A DNA stretch of 64,000 nucleotides from Cyanophora paradoxa CCMP329 (GCA_004431415.1 QPMI01000199.1:62001-126000), one strand, 5' to 3'; positions 34,964 through 46,473 are shown, counted from the stretch's first letter. Made by a program: numbers and translations. Notes: generated by a model not told the origin, from the sequence alone.

Positions 34964-35314
34964 TTAAAAAGTTTTAATGGATCCATTGGCTTCCTCTGAA
35001 TGGAATCGCAAAAACCTGTTTATTCTAAATCTTGATTTCGGTTTTTGTAAATTTACTATCCAAGGTTCAAACAGATACATGTAATATGCTTCTCTGTTCA
35101 TTAGGTCTTCATGCCCACCCTTCTTACTTGAATATAAGACTGAGAACTTGACATCAGCAGCCTTACATAGGTCTGCTGTTGATGGCATTTGACCTGATTT
35201 GTGTTGTTTCCATCGGATTTGTACTTTTTGTGAGGTTCTCCCAATGTAAACTTTATTCAATTCTTCACTCTCAATCATATAGATTGATCCAGAATCATGA
35301 TCTGTTCCAGCCAT
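34964..35314 (-). CDS. GIY-YIG endonuclease
   Basis: SIYMI...VYIGRT...RWKQH...REAYY...VN. Confidence 0.85.
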   Translation of the reverse strand: MAGTDHDSGSIYMIESEELNKVYIGRTSQKVQIRWKQHKSGQMPSTADLCKAADVKFSVLYSSKKGGHEDLMNREAYYMYLFEPWIVNLQKPKSRFRINRFLRFHSEEANGSIKTF

Positions 35315-35440
35315 TTCTTACTTCTAACATATAAATATATTTTTCTATCTCTTAAATCATTTTATGGAAATGGCTTAAAGCGAATTTGAAAAAAGGATAT
35401 AGAGGAAAAATTTTTTCTTTTCTACTAGTAGAAAGGATCG

Positions 35441-35926
35441 ATGAATACCCAAGATATCATAGAAACTCTGAAATCTTTGACCTCAATACCTGTTGAGGAT
35501 GCCACAAGTATGTTTACTGATGCAACCAGAGATCTTTTAGATCGCTCATTGAATGAAGACAAAATTTATGTGATTTCGTATACTGAAAAGCATGTCAAAA
35601 TGTTTCATAACTTGAATTTGGTAAATGGATATTCTCCTGAGAGAAAGCAGCTTTGCTTTATTCTCTTCAAAGACAGTGGTTACTTAGTTCCTCAATCGAT
35701 TTCACAGAGTATACTGAAATCATTCTTACATGATGTCATCATATCTTTTGAGAGGGAAGAGGATAAAACATGTGTTATTTGTTTGGAAACTGATGAACCC
35801 CCAGGGACATGGAGTTGTTTCAAGTGTAATAGTCAAGTATGTGGTGACTGCACAGCAAAGCTGCCACCAAAAGATCAATTCAAATGTCCAGTATGTAGAA
35901 GTGATCTTAGTGTTAGGTTGACTTAG
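35441..35926 (+). CDS. RING-finger protein (putative E3 ligase)
   Basis: CVIC...CFKC...CGDC...CPVCR at C-terminus. Confidence 0.8.
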   Translation: MNTQDIIETLKSLTSIPVEDATSMFTDATRDLLDRSLNEDKIYVISYTEKHVKMFHNLNLVNGYSPERKQLCFILFKDSGYLVPQSISQSILKSFLHDVIISFEREEDKTCVICLETDEPPGTWSCFKCNSQVCGDCTAKLPPKDQFKCPVCRSDLSVRLT

Positions 35927-36100
35927 TGGGTGGAGTTGAGGCACTTTTTATTTCTTTTTAGGGCAGAGTCCTCTTTAAGAATCTGTGAAAAAATGAGTCA
36001 ACTCCCCCCACTTAGTCAACCTAATCGATAAATAAACCAGAAATAAAAGACTGTTTGTGTCTTTTATGATAAATTTGAGTCAACTATGAGTCCACTTTTG
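35915..36100. repeat. Element B internal iteron hairpin downstream of helicase
   Basis: AGGTTGACTTAGTGGG / CCCACTTAGTCAACCT arms (35915-36022); inverted near-copy of 29173-29286. Confidence 0.85.
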
Positions 36101-36107
36101 AATAAAC

Positions 36108-38701
36108 CTAAACTTCAACATCAGAATCATAATCTGATGCATCAGGATCAGCAGCAGGTAGGTCTTGTTTCATTCTTGGATTGGCTTCTTCCTCAATAGT
36201 CTCATCATCTACAAGCTTCATCTTTCTGAATTCCTCAAATACTTGTGGGAATAGGAAATGATAGTATTGTTTGCCATTTGTAGTTTTCACTTGAATATAT
36301 GTAACACTTCTCATTTCAGTATAATATCTGCGACTATTATAATCGTTTTTATATTTGTTGCTGGTAATGAACTCCTGGAACCACTTCCAGGTTTCCACAA
36401 GGCTACCAGACTTGCATTTATTCTCGGAAATTAAGCCTCGATCCACAAGCCACTTAGTGAACATAAGGATGATTGGAGCGCACACCTGTTGGGCTAAATA
36501 GTATTTATTTGTAAGGGGTCTATCAGCAATCCAGTTCACATCCTCACAGTCAACTTTGGTTCTCAAATAGTGGGCAATGTTTCGAATATTGCAGTGATCA
36601 TTTAGCCATTTAACAAGTGGAAGGAAGTATGACCTATCCTTTGCGAATTTCTTACTAACTTCAACAACCACAAATCGCCTATCTCCAGCTTCAATTTTCA
36701 CTGGAATATTGTTATTGCTGGTGAATATAATCCTGGCAAAGTTGCTTTTTGTGTATGAATCTATCCCTTTGTGTTCAATAACAATCTTATCAGAAGTAAT
36801 GAGATCTTTAAGCATATCATTGTTTTCGAATGTGTCCTTGCCTGAGGCTTCATTGACAACAATCAAGATCTTATCCTCTCTATTGTGGGCAAATCGACCA
36901 AACAGATCCTCTTTTGGCTTTCCAGTTGCATAACTCAGGGCATCTCCAAGTGTCTTCTTTTGGAAAGTATCGACCAACACATTCTTACCAGTTCCTTGTT
37001 CACCAATGAAGATTAAGGATACTCCATTGAGTTCCCCAGGCTTTTGCAGCATGTGGGCAAACCATTTCAACAGATATTCATAGGTATTTTGATCCTCACC
37101 AGACATTAAGAACAGGTGATCTAGGAAAGGCTTTATCATGTCAGCAGTAACATCTTCTGGAGCATTTTCGAATTGCTGGTGGTCAACCTTCATTCCTGGA
37201 TAGAGATTAAATACAGACTTGCATTTGGCACTGAGAGTAGCAGGAGGTGGGAGGAAATCCATGTAAGTTGATCTTGTGGCTGTTGGATCCACAATCCATT
37301 TCCTAAATGATTGCTCCCATTTCTCTTTCTCATTATCTGTCCCCTCATTCACAATCACCTTATGCATCAAGTGGGGGAAATGCTTTGTAGAGAGCTTCCC
37401 AATATCTTTTGGCATCCAGCAAAGTAGTTGTTCATCCCAGAGCATCACACAACCAACATTTTCAACATGATGCATTCGAGCATTGAAATACCTCTTATGC
37501 ACATTGTAATGTTCAGCCAAAGGAGGGATACTTGCAGTCTTGTAATCGATTTCATCTGTGTCCTCTGGTAGGAATGCATACTTTTGGGGAAGAGTTCCTT
37601 GAAAAGCTCATTGTTATCTTTGCTCAACCAATAAACCAAGGATTTGAAGGTCAACACTTTGCCAGGCTCAGCCTTCTTCTTGCTTCTGCGAAGCTGTGTA
37701 AACTTCTCCTGGCATTCATCATAATCATACTTGTCACTCTGTTCTGAGAATTGGTGGAAGAGTTCAGCTTGCATTTTAGGGGTGAATTTGTTGTCTTCCC
37801 CAACATTGATGATGACCAGTCCAACATCAATCCAAGTCTTATACTCATTAGCTCTCTCACCATTCAGACCCATTATAACACTTTGTAGCAGTTCGAAAGT
37901 AACAGGATTTTCGGGTTCAGTGTCTTTTTCAGCTTCTACCTTCTCAGTCTTCACTTTATCACTTTTTGGCTCCTTTTTAACTGGTTTTGGCTCAGGGCTA
38001 TAATTTGCGAATGCAGAAACATTCGATTCATCCACAAGTTTAGTAGTAGCTGAGAAGTAAGATACAAAGAAGTCCTCATTTCGCATTAACACTTTGTCAC
38101 AGTCAACGAATTTCTTAAAGCAAACGTTTTTATCAACATCTTTTTTCGATTTATTTTGAGCATCCAGAGTCTCACCTTTGCAGCAATTGAGGCAGATAAG
38201 GTTCTGTGTGGAGCTGTAAACTCCACTGTCATAATCCTCATTTTTCACCAATCCCATAGCTTTGAAAAGCTTGGGGATATCTTCATGTTTGCATGCAAGC
38301 GATTTAATGATAAAGTGGGCTGAGATCTTGAACTTGGTGACATCCTCCTTGATCAAATAAACCCTTCTATGGCGAACTGCAACAGCAATATCGTTAATCG
38401 AAGTGGTCCCAGATCGCTTCCATAGCTTATCTCTCATCTCTCTTACAACAGTTTCCGCCTCAGCATAGTTTTCAGCAATGTTCTCCTTCAAATCAGCGAA
38501 TTTATCCAGGTCCAGGTAAACTCTGGTGACTTGTTCAGGCTGAATGCATTCAGCCCAGGTCTTAACCTTGCTATTATCAATGGCTTCAAGGGCATCTTCG
38601 GCAGAATCAAATACATGGGTGACCTTGTTGCGATCACCAATGAGAGTACTAAGGAATGTAGCATTTTCAACAGGTGTGGCGAATTTCTCGATTTTGTTCA
38701 T
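36108..38701 (-). CDS. AEP primase-PriCT-2-SF3 (D5-like) helicase fusion (frameshift in A-run ~37583)
   Basis: VYLDLD, ISAHF, DSGVY; TWIDVG...SEQSDKY; Walker A GEQGTGKN, VVNE, FTSNN, GDRRF. Confidence 0.88.
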
Positions 38702-38919
38702 ATTCGATTTTGGGGGACTTCTACCTTTAACGAAGAAAATAATTTCGGAAGGAGGAATTGTCTTTTATATATATCCTATTATTTGCCAAGTCCTTAAGTA
38801 GTTTTGGGTCGGGATACTGTCTCGATAAATAGATACAGTTTTAAAAAAGAGGGAAGAAAGCTGTCATTTTTTTGCCTCCGATCAAATCGATTTCTACAAA
38901 ATTTGTTTCGATCGAGAAT

Positions 38920-39246
38920 TTATTCTTCGATATATTTCCGAGGTCTTCCAACCGGTTTATGCTCTTTGGGTGTCTTGGGTTGTTCATCGTTCTTCTTGTG
39001 GTAATATTCCAGCGCTTTTGCCTTTTTCTGTTCGCGATATTCTTCATTTTCCCTGTATTTCCTCTGGTGTCTGAGGGCAATCTTTTTCAGTTCTTCTGGT
39101 GTGTGAACTGTAGCGGCTCCTTGGGATAATCGTTCCTCCTTCTTTTTATGATAGGCTTCGCGTTTTCTTTGGGCATCTTGCTCCCTTTTCAGTCTCAGCT
39201 TCTCTGCTTTTTCATCATCTGTGAGTATCTTGCGGATATTCGGCAT
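38920..39246 (-). CDS. Basic coiled-coil protein with AT-hook-like GRPRK
   Basis: Homolog of 62087-62500 (TPEEL.KIA.R.Q..Y...EEYRE). Confidence 0.7.
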   Translation of the reverse strand: MPNIRKILTDDEKAEKLRLKREQDAQRKREAYHKKKEERLSQGAATVHTPEELKKIALRHQRKYRENEEYREQKKAKALEYYHKKNDEQPKTPKEHKPVGRPRKYIEE

Positions 39247-39398
39247 TTCTCTTTAATAGTAGATACGAAAATAATTTTTCCTCAATACAACCTATCTACT
39301 TTTTCCTTAAGTCATTTTTTGTTGCGAACACCAGTTCCTGTCTGTAAACTTTTATAGCTGCCTCAGTAGCATACTGAGACCGCTTTTTCTCAATTATC

Positions 39399-39644
39399 TT
39401 ATAGACCTGGGGGTCCATTGCTACTTTCAGTTGGCAAATAATATTTAATCGGTCTTCCTCTGGGTCTCTGCTCCTCTTTTTGGGCTTTTCTGCGATAATA
39501 GGATGCCAGGGCTTGCTGCTTTTTATACTCTCTATATTCTGGGTCCTCTCTATATCGTTTCTGCATTGCTAGTATGTGTCTAATGGAACCCTCAGTAACA
39601 GGTTCATCACTGGTAAACTCGATTAAACTAATAGTATCCTCCAT
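39399..39644 (-). CDS. Small basic paralog (RPRGRP)
   Basis: QKRYREDPEYREYKK similar to the neighbouring ORF. Confidence 0.6.
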   Translation of the reverse strand: MEDTISLIEFTSDEPVTEGSIRHILAMQKRYREDPEYREYKKQQALASYYRRKAQKEEQRPRGRPIKYYLPTESSNGPPGL

Positions 39645-39900
39645 TTATATTCCCAGAGAAAACGTTTTCTGCTGGCAGAGAACTTCTCCTTGGATACTCC
39701 TGTTGCTCATATGTATACTCTGTGGGGTCTGCTGGCATTGACTCCACAGAAACTGTAGACCTCCTTCTCTCTCTTGCTTCTGAGGCATTATCCTCATTAT
39801 CTGACATCTCAAACTCCACTGTTGTCTCACAACATCCACTGTGGCAATTGCTCACCACATGCAGACTGAACATCTCGAAGAACTTTCGTATTATGTCCAT
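39628..39900 (-). CDS. Small CxSxCC protein
   Basis: EMF.LHVVSNCHS.CC.TTVE conserved with 61581-61970. Confidence 0.7.
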   Translation of the reverse strand: MDIIRKFFEMFSLHVVSNCHSGCCETTVEFEMSDNEDNASEARERRRSTVSVESMPADPTEYTYEQQEYPRRSSLPAENVFSGNINGGYY

Positions 39901-39922
39901 ATCTCTAATAAAACAGAGATAA

Positions 39923-40657
39923 TTAAAGCCAAACTCGTCTTTTATATACTGCTGGGGCAACTCCCTTTTCTACCTCAGCTTTGGTGGCACCAGGTTCAAT
40001 GGTTCCCTTTTGGGTCTTTGTTTTCATTTCATCTACTGCCTGCTCATCGATTTGGTTCTCTTTCTTAGCAATAAACTGTTTATCTGGGACACCAGTAATG
40101 CCCATTTTATAAACTTCCTTTCGAAGCATCTCCTTGAACTTGGCTCTGTCTTTCTTCTCAGTAACATACTGCTCCAAGGCACTTGATTTGGCTTCCAGAT
40201 CTTTGAGTTTAGCAGTCATCTCATCCCATTGAGCCTTGGGAATTCGATGAACATTCTGAGTGGGAGCAGTCTTGTATGTGACTTCACCAGCCATAGACTG
40301 AATTACCTTGTCTGATTCCTTACTAAGACCTTCACCTTTGCGAGCCAGTGAAAGATCTTGCAAGCCTAGACCTTTATCATCAGCAGCCCCAATAATTCGC
40401 CTGGCACCCTCAGCAACAGCTTTCATTTTTGAGGCTTCTGGTGAAATGTTGAGTTGGTCACTGGTTGAAGCCTGTGGGGCTTTGTCATCGACTGATTCCT
40501 CATAGGCAGCATTAAGAGGGTCCTCTTCTTGCTGTGAGGGCTTCACCTCATTCATACCATTGAACTTCAGTGGTTCAGTGTTAATGGATCCATTGTTTCC
40601 ACCACCTGAATAGCCAACAGCCCCAGCTGGAATCCCTATCTTTCGTTTGGGAGGCAT
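39923..40657 (-). CDS. Conserved hypothetical protein (possible core protein)
   Basis: Syntenic homolog of 60693-61376 downstream of the ATPase. Confidence 0.7.
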   Translation of the reverse strand: MPPKRKIGIPAGAVGYSGGGNNGSINTEPLKFNGMNEVKPSQQEEDPLNAAYEESVDDKAPQASTSDQLNISPEASKMKAVAEGARRIIGAADDKGLGLQDLSLARKGEGLSKESDKVIQSMAGEVTYKTAPTQNVHRIPKAQWDEMTAKLKDLEAKSSALEQYVTEKKDRAKFKEMLRKEVYKMGITGVPDKQFIAKKENQIDEQAVDEMKTKTQKGTIEPGATKAEVEKGVAPAVYKRRVWL

Positions 40658-40685
40658 TGTATCTTTATTAGAATGAGAGATAATT

Positions 40686-41468
40686 TTATAAACCGCGTTT
40701 ATATCTCATCAATTTATTGCTATGGATTTGGCTTTTCACTTCTTTAGGGGCTTCCTCTTTCTCTGGTGGTTTCAGTTCATCTTCTTTCTTTTTTGGCTTT
40801 CTGTGGAAGCGAGGAAATGGGAAATCTTTCACAAGCTCAGCTTTATCTACATAGTATTTAACTGAGTAGTTTGCAGAGGACCAAATGATATACTGATAGG
40901 AGTGAACATACTCTTCAAACATCTTGTAGAAATCCTCTTTATTTCGCATTATATTGTATTCTTCCTCTATGGCTTCAAGTTCTTTGCGATTTGCAGCACT
41001 GAGAAACATAGCATAGTCCGAATTAACTCGAATAGTCGAAGAAACTTTTCTTAGCTTTTGTGTGATGCAGATAATGGATATTTTCGAATGGCGACCTCTG
41101 GAATACAGAGATCCGATTATTTTATCCCTTGTGAGATCGACTATCTCATTATCGATTAAATCATCTAAAACCACACACAATTGGTTAACAGGTTCACCCT
41201 TTTCTATTTTCTCTTGCCTCTCATCTAGCAATTTAGCAATGTAAGGGGCATCCCATTTTCCCAGTTGCAGTGTTGCAACCTTATCCCAAAAATGATTGAA
41301 GCTGGTTCCACTCACAACTAATACAACATCAATCTTTTTGGCATCATGTAATTGCTTTAACCAATACTTTACAGCTTCTGATTTACCAGTTGCTGATTTT
41401 CCTATTGCCAATACACGAAATGGTGGTTCTATCATTTCACCAGCCACAAATTCATCCAAATCAGTCAT
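40686..41468 (-). CDS. A32/FtsK-HerA genome packaging ATPase
   Basis: GKSATGKS, VVLDD, RGRH, ITQ, IRVN. Confidence 0.92.
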   Translation of the reverse strand: MTDLDEFVAGEMIEPPFRVLAIGKSATGKSEAVKYWLKQLHDAKKIDVVLVVSGTSFNHFWDKVATLQLGKWDAPYIAKLLDERQEKIEKGEPVNQLCVVLDDLIDNEIVDLTRDKIIGSLYSRGRHSKISIICITQKLRKVSSTIRVNSDYAMFLSAANRKELEAIEEEYNIMRNKEDFYKMFEEYVHSYQYIIWSSANYSVKYYVDKAELVKDFPFPRFHRKPKKKEDELKPPEKEEAPKEVKSQIHSNKLMRYKRGL

Positions 41469-41533
41469 TGTTGTATATCTTTCTTAATAAAGACATATAA
41501 AAATAATGCAGGGAGACTGAATATCGTCACAAT

Positions 41534-42901
41534 CTACAAATTTATACGACGAAGCCCATCTTTGTCCAAAATTATGAAACTATGCATGAGAGCGCGAACA
41601 TTAACATCGATTACCTTATCTGAAGGCATGTAGAGGGTGAGGAAGGAAGAAGAGGAATTTGTTAAATCAACATACCCAGACTGGGCAATATTTCGAATTG
41701 CCTTTTCTCCATCAAGGCAGAATGGGAGTCCTGAAAGGACATAGCGATCAGCAACCTTATCCATGTTAGAGCATTTGAAGGCATCAGCAATTAGCTCAGC
41801 ACCTTTGAGTAGGGAAATTGGCTCAGTGGCAAAAAGTCGCTGACCATTTATTTCAGTTGTGAATGTGATGTCTTTGGAGTTGGCATAGGTCTTAAGAACA
41901 CTGTGGGAGCCATTGGATTTGTCAACAGTTTCATGATCACGAACTGAAACAAGCAGAGCATATACAAGACCTGAGATTTGAGAGAGGTTAATTCGATTGG
42001 GTTGGGCATTGCCCTTGGCAGGGAAAGCACTAGCATCTACAAATCCAATATCAAGGGAGGGAATAGCCATGCCAGTAGTCTTTACTTTTTCAATTACAGT
42101 AGCGAAAAGCTCATCAGAAACATTAATAGCATGCATGTAAAGGCGAGGAGAAGTAATAGAAATAACAGGGGTTGTTGCACCAAGACTGAAAGTTGTGATA
42201 TTTTGACCAACATGGGCAAGGGTTCCATCTGTAAAGTTTCCAAGACCATCATCAGCAGTTGCATCAACAGTTCCAACAGCAGTTGTGAGTTCACGACCAC
42301 CATAGGAAGTTTCAACATAGCCTTTGCCAGCATCCTTAAACCAAACAGTAACAACCATTTCACCAGATAAAGCACCAAGGGGAAGATAGTGATTTAGCCA
42401 AGGCACTGGGATTTCAACGAAAAATGAGCCACCGAGTCGGTTGGTTCCATGAGCAGGGATACCATGAACCATGCCCATTGATCGCTTCTTTTTAGCTAGT
42501 TGATCCTCCGAATAATAGACCAGGGGGAAATGAGCAAGGAAATCAGAGGGGATATGGTAGGTGTAAGATCCATAGGTAATTTCAAGTCGCTGAACTAAAG
42601 CACCAACTGGGCGAGTGTATCCATTGCGAACAAGGTCCGTATCACCAGCAAAAGTGATGGCTGGAAGGTCGAAAGCAAGTTCGAGTTTTCCACAGAAATT
42701 GTAGCGAGGTAGCTTGAAGGAAATGCGATTTCCAACATTATTCTCAAAAGTATTGCTGGGATTCACAACTACTAGAACTGGCTTAGACTTGGATTCGAGA
42801 CCAAGCATAAGGGAGTTATCCAGGAAAAAGGCTTTCGCCTCCTCTGGGGTTGTAAGGGCTTCTTTCAGCGAAAGTCTTTGAAGAGTGGAAGTGATATCCA
42901 T
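41534..42901 (-). CDS. Major capsid protein (double jelly-roll, inferred)
   Basis: 455 aa, beta-rich, GNRISFKLPR...L.L..DLP...LVQRLEI N-terminal pattern; between ATPase and mCP; homolog in C. Confidence 0.8.
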   Translation of the reverse strand: MDITSTLQRLSLKEALTTPEEAKAFFLDNSLMLGLESKSKPVLVVVNPSNTFENNVGNRISFKLPRYNFCGKLELAFDLPAITFAGDTDLVRNGYTRPVGALVQRLEITYGSYTYHIPSDFLAHFPLVYYSEDQLAKKKRSMGMVHGIPAHGTNRLGGSFFVEIPVPWLNHYLPLGALSGEMVVTVWFKDAGKGYVETSYGGRELTTAVGTVDATADDGLGNFTDGTLAHVGQNITTFSLGATTPVISITSPRLYMHAINVSDELFATVIEKVKTTGMAIPSLDIGFVDASAFPAKGNAQPNRINLSQISGLVYALLVSVRDHETVDKSNGSHSVLKTYANSKDITFTTEINGQRLFATEPISLLKGAELIADAFKCSNMDKVADRYVLSGLPFCLDGEKAIRNIAQSGYVDLTNSSSSFLTLYMPSDKVIDVNVRALMHSFIILDKDGLRRINL

Positions 42902-42954
42902 TATATTCTCTTTTATTATACTGCAACATAAAAAATCTACCAATGATCCTTAAT

Positions 42955-43965
42955 TTATGCGAAGCTTGTAATAACTGGATAGGAAGGGTGAAGCTGTGAC
43001 ATTCGCATCTTAAAGTATTCATAAACTGGGTCCCCAGCTGGCTCATCACCATAGCGAATTTCAAAGGTAAGATGAACAGGTTGACCCTCAAAATCAATTG
43101 GTTCATTAATAGCATTTACAATATCAACCGAGAAAGTGGATAATCCAACCTTCTTATTATAGTATTTGTAAAGTGGATGAGCCTCTGTCGAATTGTAAAC
43201 TACATGCTCACCATAATCTTTATCAGGGACCACTATTTTATGGAAGTAACCAGTCAGAAGACCATCCCCACATTGCACCAGATCACCCAGCTCCTTTACT
43301 CTCACAAACAAAACACTGTCCCTGGTCTTCTCAGGCTCAAATGAAGATATAATACCGTTTACTCGAGTTCCAGTAAAGATACCATCAGTGAGAGCATCAT
43401 ACACTTGTGATTGGATTGAGGAATTGCCATATCTTCCAGGATCAAGACCAAGCAGTCTCCCTGAACTCAATAGCTTTTGAATTGTTTGCAGGTTTGGATT
43501 TACAGCAAGTGAGAAAGCCAGGTAAAAAGGTTTTTCGGAATGGAATACTATTCGTTTCAGTGACTCATCCCATTTGCAGCGAAGAGATGGTTTAGGATTT
43601 TTTAAATCGAACTTTTCATTAATAACATTCACCAGTTGTTGGTGGCTTTGAATGGGGGCTTTGCGACTTATAATGATTTGTTTCCACTGTTCAAAGTCCT
43701 CAGCTGGGCGAACTGTGGGGATACCATCAATTCCAGCTCCCGCATATTGTTCAGAATAGTAAATACTAAATGAATTGTCAATTGTTACATCTCCAACTTT
43801 GGTTTCACCACTCACCATAGGGATGCTGTTATAAAATTCGGCTGATACCAGTCTCACAGCCCTCACATTCTCATAAGAACTTGGGAGTCTAGCCACAAAG
43901 CTTGATGTGGGACCATCACCAGAGATTGTATTAAATGAGCTAACCTCGATGTAATCCACAGGCAT
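42955..43965 (-). CDS. Minor capsid (penton) protein 1
   Basis: YENVRAVRLVSAEF.NS ... VDIVN..NEPIDFEG..VHLTFEI. Confidence 0.75.
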   Translation of the reverse strand: MPVDYIEVSSFNTISGDGPTSSFVARLPSSYENVRAVRLVSAEFYNSIPMVSGETKVGDVTIDNSFSIYYSEQYAGAGIDGIPTVRPAEDFEQWKQIIISRKAPIQSHQQLVNVINEKFDLKNPKPSLRCKWDESLKRIVFHSEKPFYLAFSLAVNPNLQTIQKLLSSGRLLGLDPGRYGNSSIQSQVYDALTDGIFTGTRVNGIISSFEPEKTRDSVLFVRVKELGDLVQCGDGLLTGYFHKIVVPDKDYGEHVVYNSTEAHPLYKYYNKKVGLSTFSVDIVNAINEPIDFEGQPVHLTFEIRYGDEPAGDPVYEYFKMRMSQLHPSYPVITSFA

Positions 43966-43994
43966 TCTTCTTTTATCTATATTTATATATTAAA

Positions 43995-44927
43995 ATGAAT
44001 CGACTTGTTAATATTGATAGCAGGGATAGAAGCCAAGGGGAATCTGAAAACTCTTACAGGGTCACCCTCACAACTCCAGTAGAGAGACCAAGAGAATGCA
44101 GAGTTCTCTATGCAGAGATTCCAAACAGTATCTATAACAGTGTGGGAACTGATCATATAACAGTTGATTTTAACTACCAAGATGGTTCATACAATGAAAT
44201 CATCACACAGAAAGTGTATCCCCTTCCCAGTGGCTACATTAACCAGGGTCATTTTGGGGTCACACATCCCTATAATTATGGGCTGAACTATTCAAGCTTC
44301 AAAACCATTGCAGATAAAACTGTGTTTTTTGAGTTCAAGATATTCTACAATCCAACTACCTATAAAGTGGAGTTTTACAGTAACCATGAGTTCCGTTTTA
44401 TTGCAAGCAACAAGCGAATAGGGAAGCTTTTGGGTGTAAGTTCTACTGAATACACCAATGGTTATTATAGCACTCCTCCTGCTGGTGGATCTCCATATCG
44501 ACCTGAGAACCTTTTAAAGTATGATGGCAAACCTATTACACCTGATCACCCAGCTTGGGGAATCACCTTCTCAGGACCCAGACTCTCCTCAAAGCCCTTG
44601 CAGTATTATTTCACCAGTAATAAGATGTCTGATATGAATGCTGAGCAGTATCTGTACATGCATATTAAAGAGCTTGCCCCCTTTGCAAGTAGACACAATA
44701 TAATTCCGAAATCGCAACCACACAACCAAGGGGCTATCCTACGATTGCAATTGAGTAAAGATATAGGTGGCTATGTTTACCATAGTGGTGAGCATGCAGA
44801 ATTTATTCAAATCAATGACAGAAACCTGGTGATAAGGGAACTCACAGTTGAGTTTAAAGATTACTTTGGTGAACTGATTGATATGAATGGAATCGATAAT
44901 TCGTTTCAGTTGGAGTTTATCGAATAA
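43995..44927 (+). CDS. Minor capsid (penton) protein 2
   Basis: VNIDSRDR...AEIPNS ... LTVEFKDYFGELIDMNGIDNSFQLEF. Confidence 0.75.
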   Translation: MNRLVNIDSRDRSQGESENSYRVTLTTPVERPRECRVLYAEIPNSIYNSVGTDHITVDFNYQDGSYNEIITQKVYPLPSGYINQGHFGVTHPYNYGLNYSSFKTIADKTVFFEFKIFYNPTTYKVEFYSNHEFRFIASNKRIGKLLGVSSTEYTNGYYSTPPAGGSPYRPENLLKYDGKPITPDHPAWGITFSGPRLSSKPLQYYFTSNKMSDMNAEQYLYMHIKELAPFASRHNIIPKSQPHNQGAILRLQLSKDIGGYVYHSGEHAEFIQINDRNLVIRELTVEFKDYFGELIDMNGIDNSFQLEFIE

Positions 44928-46473
44928 AGGCACCTGTGAAATCAACTCTCATTGTGGGAGCATTCACATACACAAGGGGATAAATGCGAATATATTTGAT
45001 TCTGAGAGAATAACCTATGTAAAAAGCATCCTTGATGCTGAGAGGAAATCCACTCAATAGAGCCACATCACCAGAGTTGTGAGCATTGTTAATGTTCTCA
45101 CAGACATATATTTTGTTTTGCCCATCTGATCGAATAAAAGACCAGTTGATCCCATCAGTGGATGTTGCCACATTGAAAGTCTTAATAAAAGCATTGGTGT
45201 CCCCTGATCCATAGGCAATCACAGAAGAGAGTTCAAAAGTATATGGGAAAGCAACTTGAAGGTATTCAGTGGGGTTTTCCCATATCTGTTCAGGAGCATA
45301 GGCTCCAGCTTCCCAGCCAAATGCTGAAGGTCTTGCCATGAAAGGCTCTTTACCTGTCACAGAGGATGAGGCAGTAAAGGCATCATCTGCAAGCTGATAC
45401 CAATTGGCATCCAAAGGAGGTGATGTAGTGAGAGTGGATGAGATGTAAGCCTTTGTAGGGTTCTTTAGTTCATAGTTTGCTACTAGTAGGCTGCAAAGCT
45501 TATTGATCATATCATTGTTTGCTGCTATGTATGTTTCAGTGAATGCTAGCATATCTGGGATCTTAGATGTGTCATCCAGAGAGCTTACAATGTGATTTGG
45601 AAGAGGGACTGATAGCCTATAGTATCTCCCATAATCTTGATCATAGTTGTAGGGTAACAACTCCTCCATCTTATCAAGGGCAGAAAGCTCACTTGCAGCC
45701 ATGAGCATGTTAATCAATGGGCTTCCATCTGTTGAGGCAATCCATGAGAGAATACCCCAGCTGTTTACAGTCTCATAAGCATAACCCACATAATCAGACT
45801 CTAAATGTGGGTCCACCTCACCACAAGAGATACTTATTACTATGATATCATCATCATCACTGTAAATCTTCTTTGCATGGCTGTAACCACACACACTGGG
45901 ATTATTGTTTCCCGAAATGGCACCATCAATGAGACAGACAAATACTCCCCGATTGAAATCAACAATGCTTACAGGAGAGAAATATGTAGGAGCAGCAGAA
46001 GTAGCCCTAGCAGCAATCTTACAAGGCATAAAGTTGTAGTTGTTGTCATTTGTGATAAATATTGGTTTCATATTCTGAGTATCAAAGGATGTAATCACAA
46101 TGTCCTTTAGGGAATCCTGTATTAGTGATTCACCAGTAACTGAATTGATTGCAGTCTCCAAGGGTCCGACATCATACTTTGTGTTAAATAGGGCATTTTC
46201 GATTATATTTCGAGGATTTGCGAAAATCAAGGGCAGTTGAGTTAGGTAAATATTGTGTAAATCGTTTGCTGTGAGTTTAGGTTCACCTGGTTTATCAGGA
46301 TGCCTGATGTTTAACCCAATAGCAATGATCCCACCAGTGGAAGTTCCACTCACAACATCCACAAGATCGATTATTCTCCTGCCAGTTCGATTTTCGATTT
46401 CTTTTAGCAGCCTGGTTATGATAATGCCCCTTGCACCCCCGCCAGAAAGACTTAAAACGACCTTGAGAGGCAT
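44917..46473 (-). CDS. Patatin-like phospholipase-F5/8 fusion
   Basis: SGGGARG, GTSTG, IDGA, discoidin tail; highly similar to A copy. Confidence 0.9.
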   Translation of the reverse strand: MPLKVVLSLSGGGARGIIITRLLKEIENRTGRRIIDLVDVVSGTSTGGIIAIGLNIRHPDKPGEPKLTANDLHNIYLTQLPLIFANPRNIIENALFNTKYDVGPLETAINSVTGESLIQDSLKDIVITSFDTQNMKPIFITNDNNYNFMPCKIAARATSAAPTYFSPVSIVDFNRGVFVCLIDGAISGNNNPSVCGYSHAKKIYSDDDDIIVISISCGEVDPHLESDYVGYAYETVNSWGILSWIASTDGSPLINMLMAASELSALDKMEELLPYNYDQDYGRYYRLSVPLPNHIVSSLDDTSKIPDMLAFTETYIAANNDMINKLCSLLVANYELKNPTKAYISSTLTTSPPLDANWYQLADDAFTASSSVTGKEPFMARPSAFGWEAGAYAPEQIWENPTEYLQVAFPYTFELSSVIAYGSGDTNAFIKTFNVATSTDGINWSFIRSDGQNKIYVCENINNAHNSGDVALLSGFPLSIKDAFYIGYSLRIKYIRIYPLVYVNAPTMRVDFTGAFIR

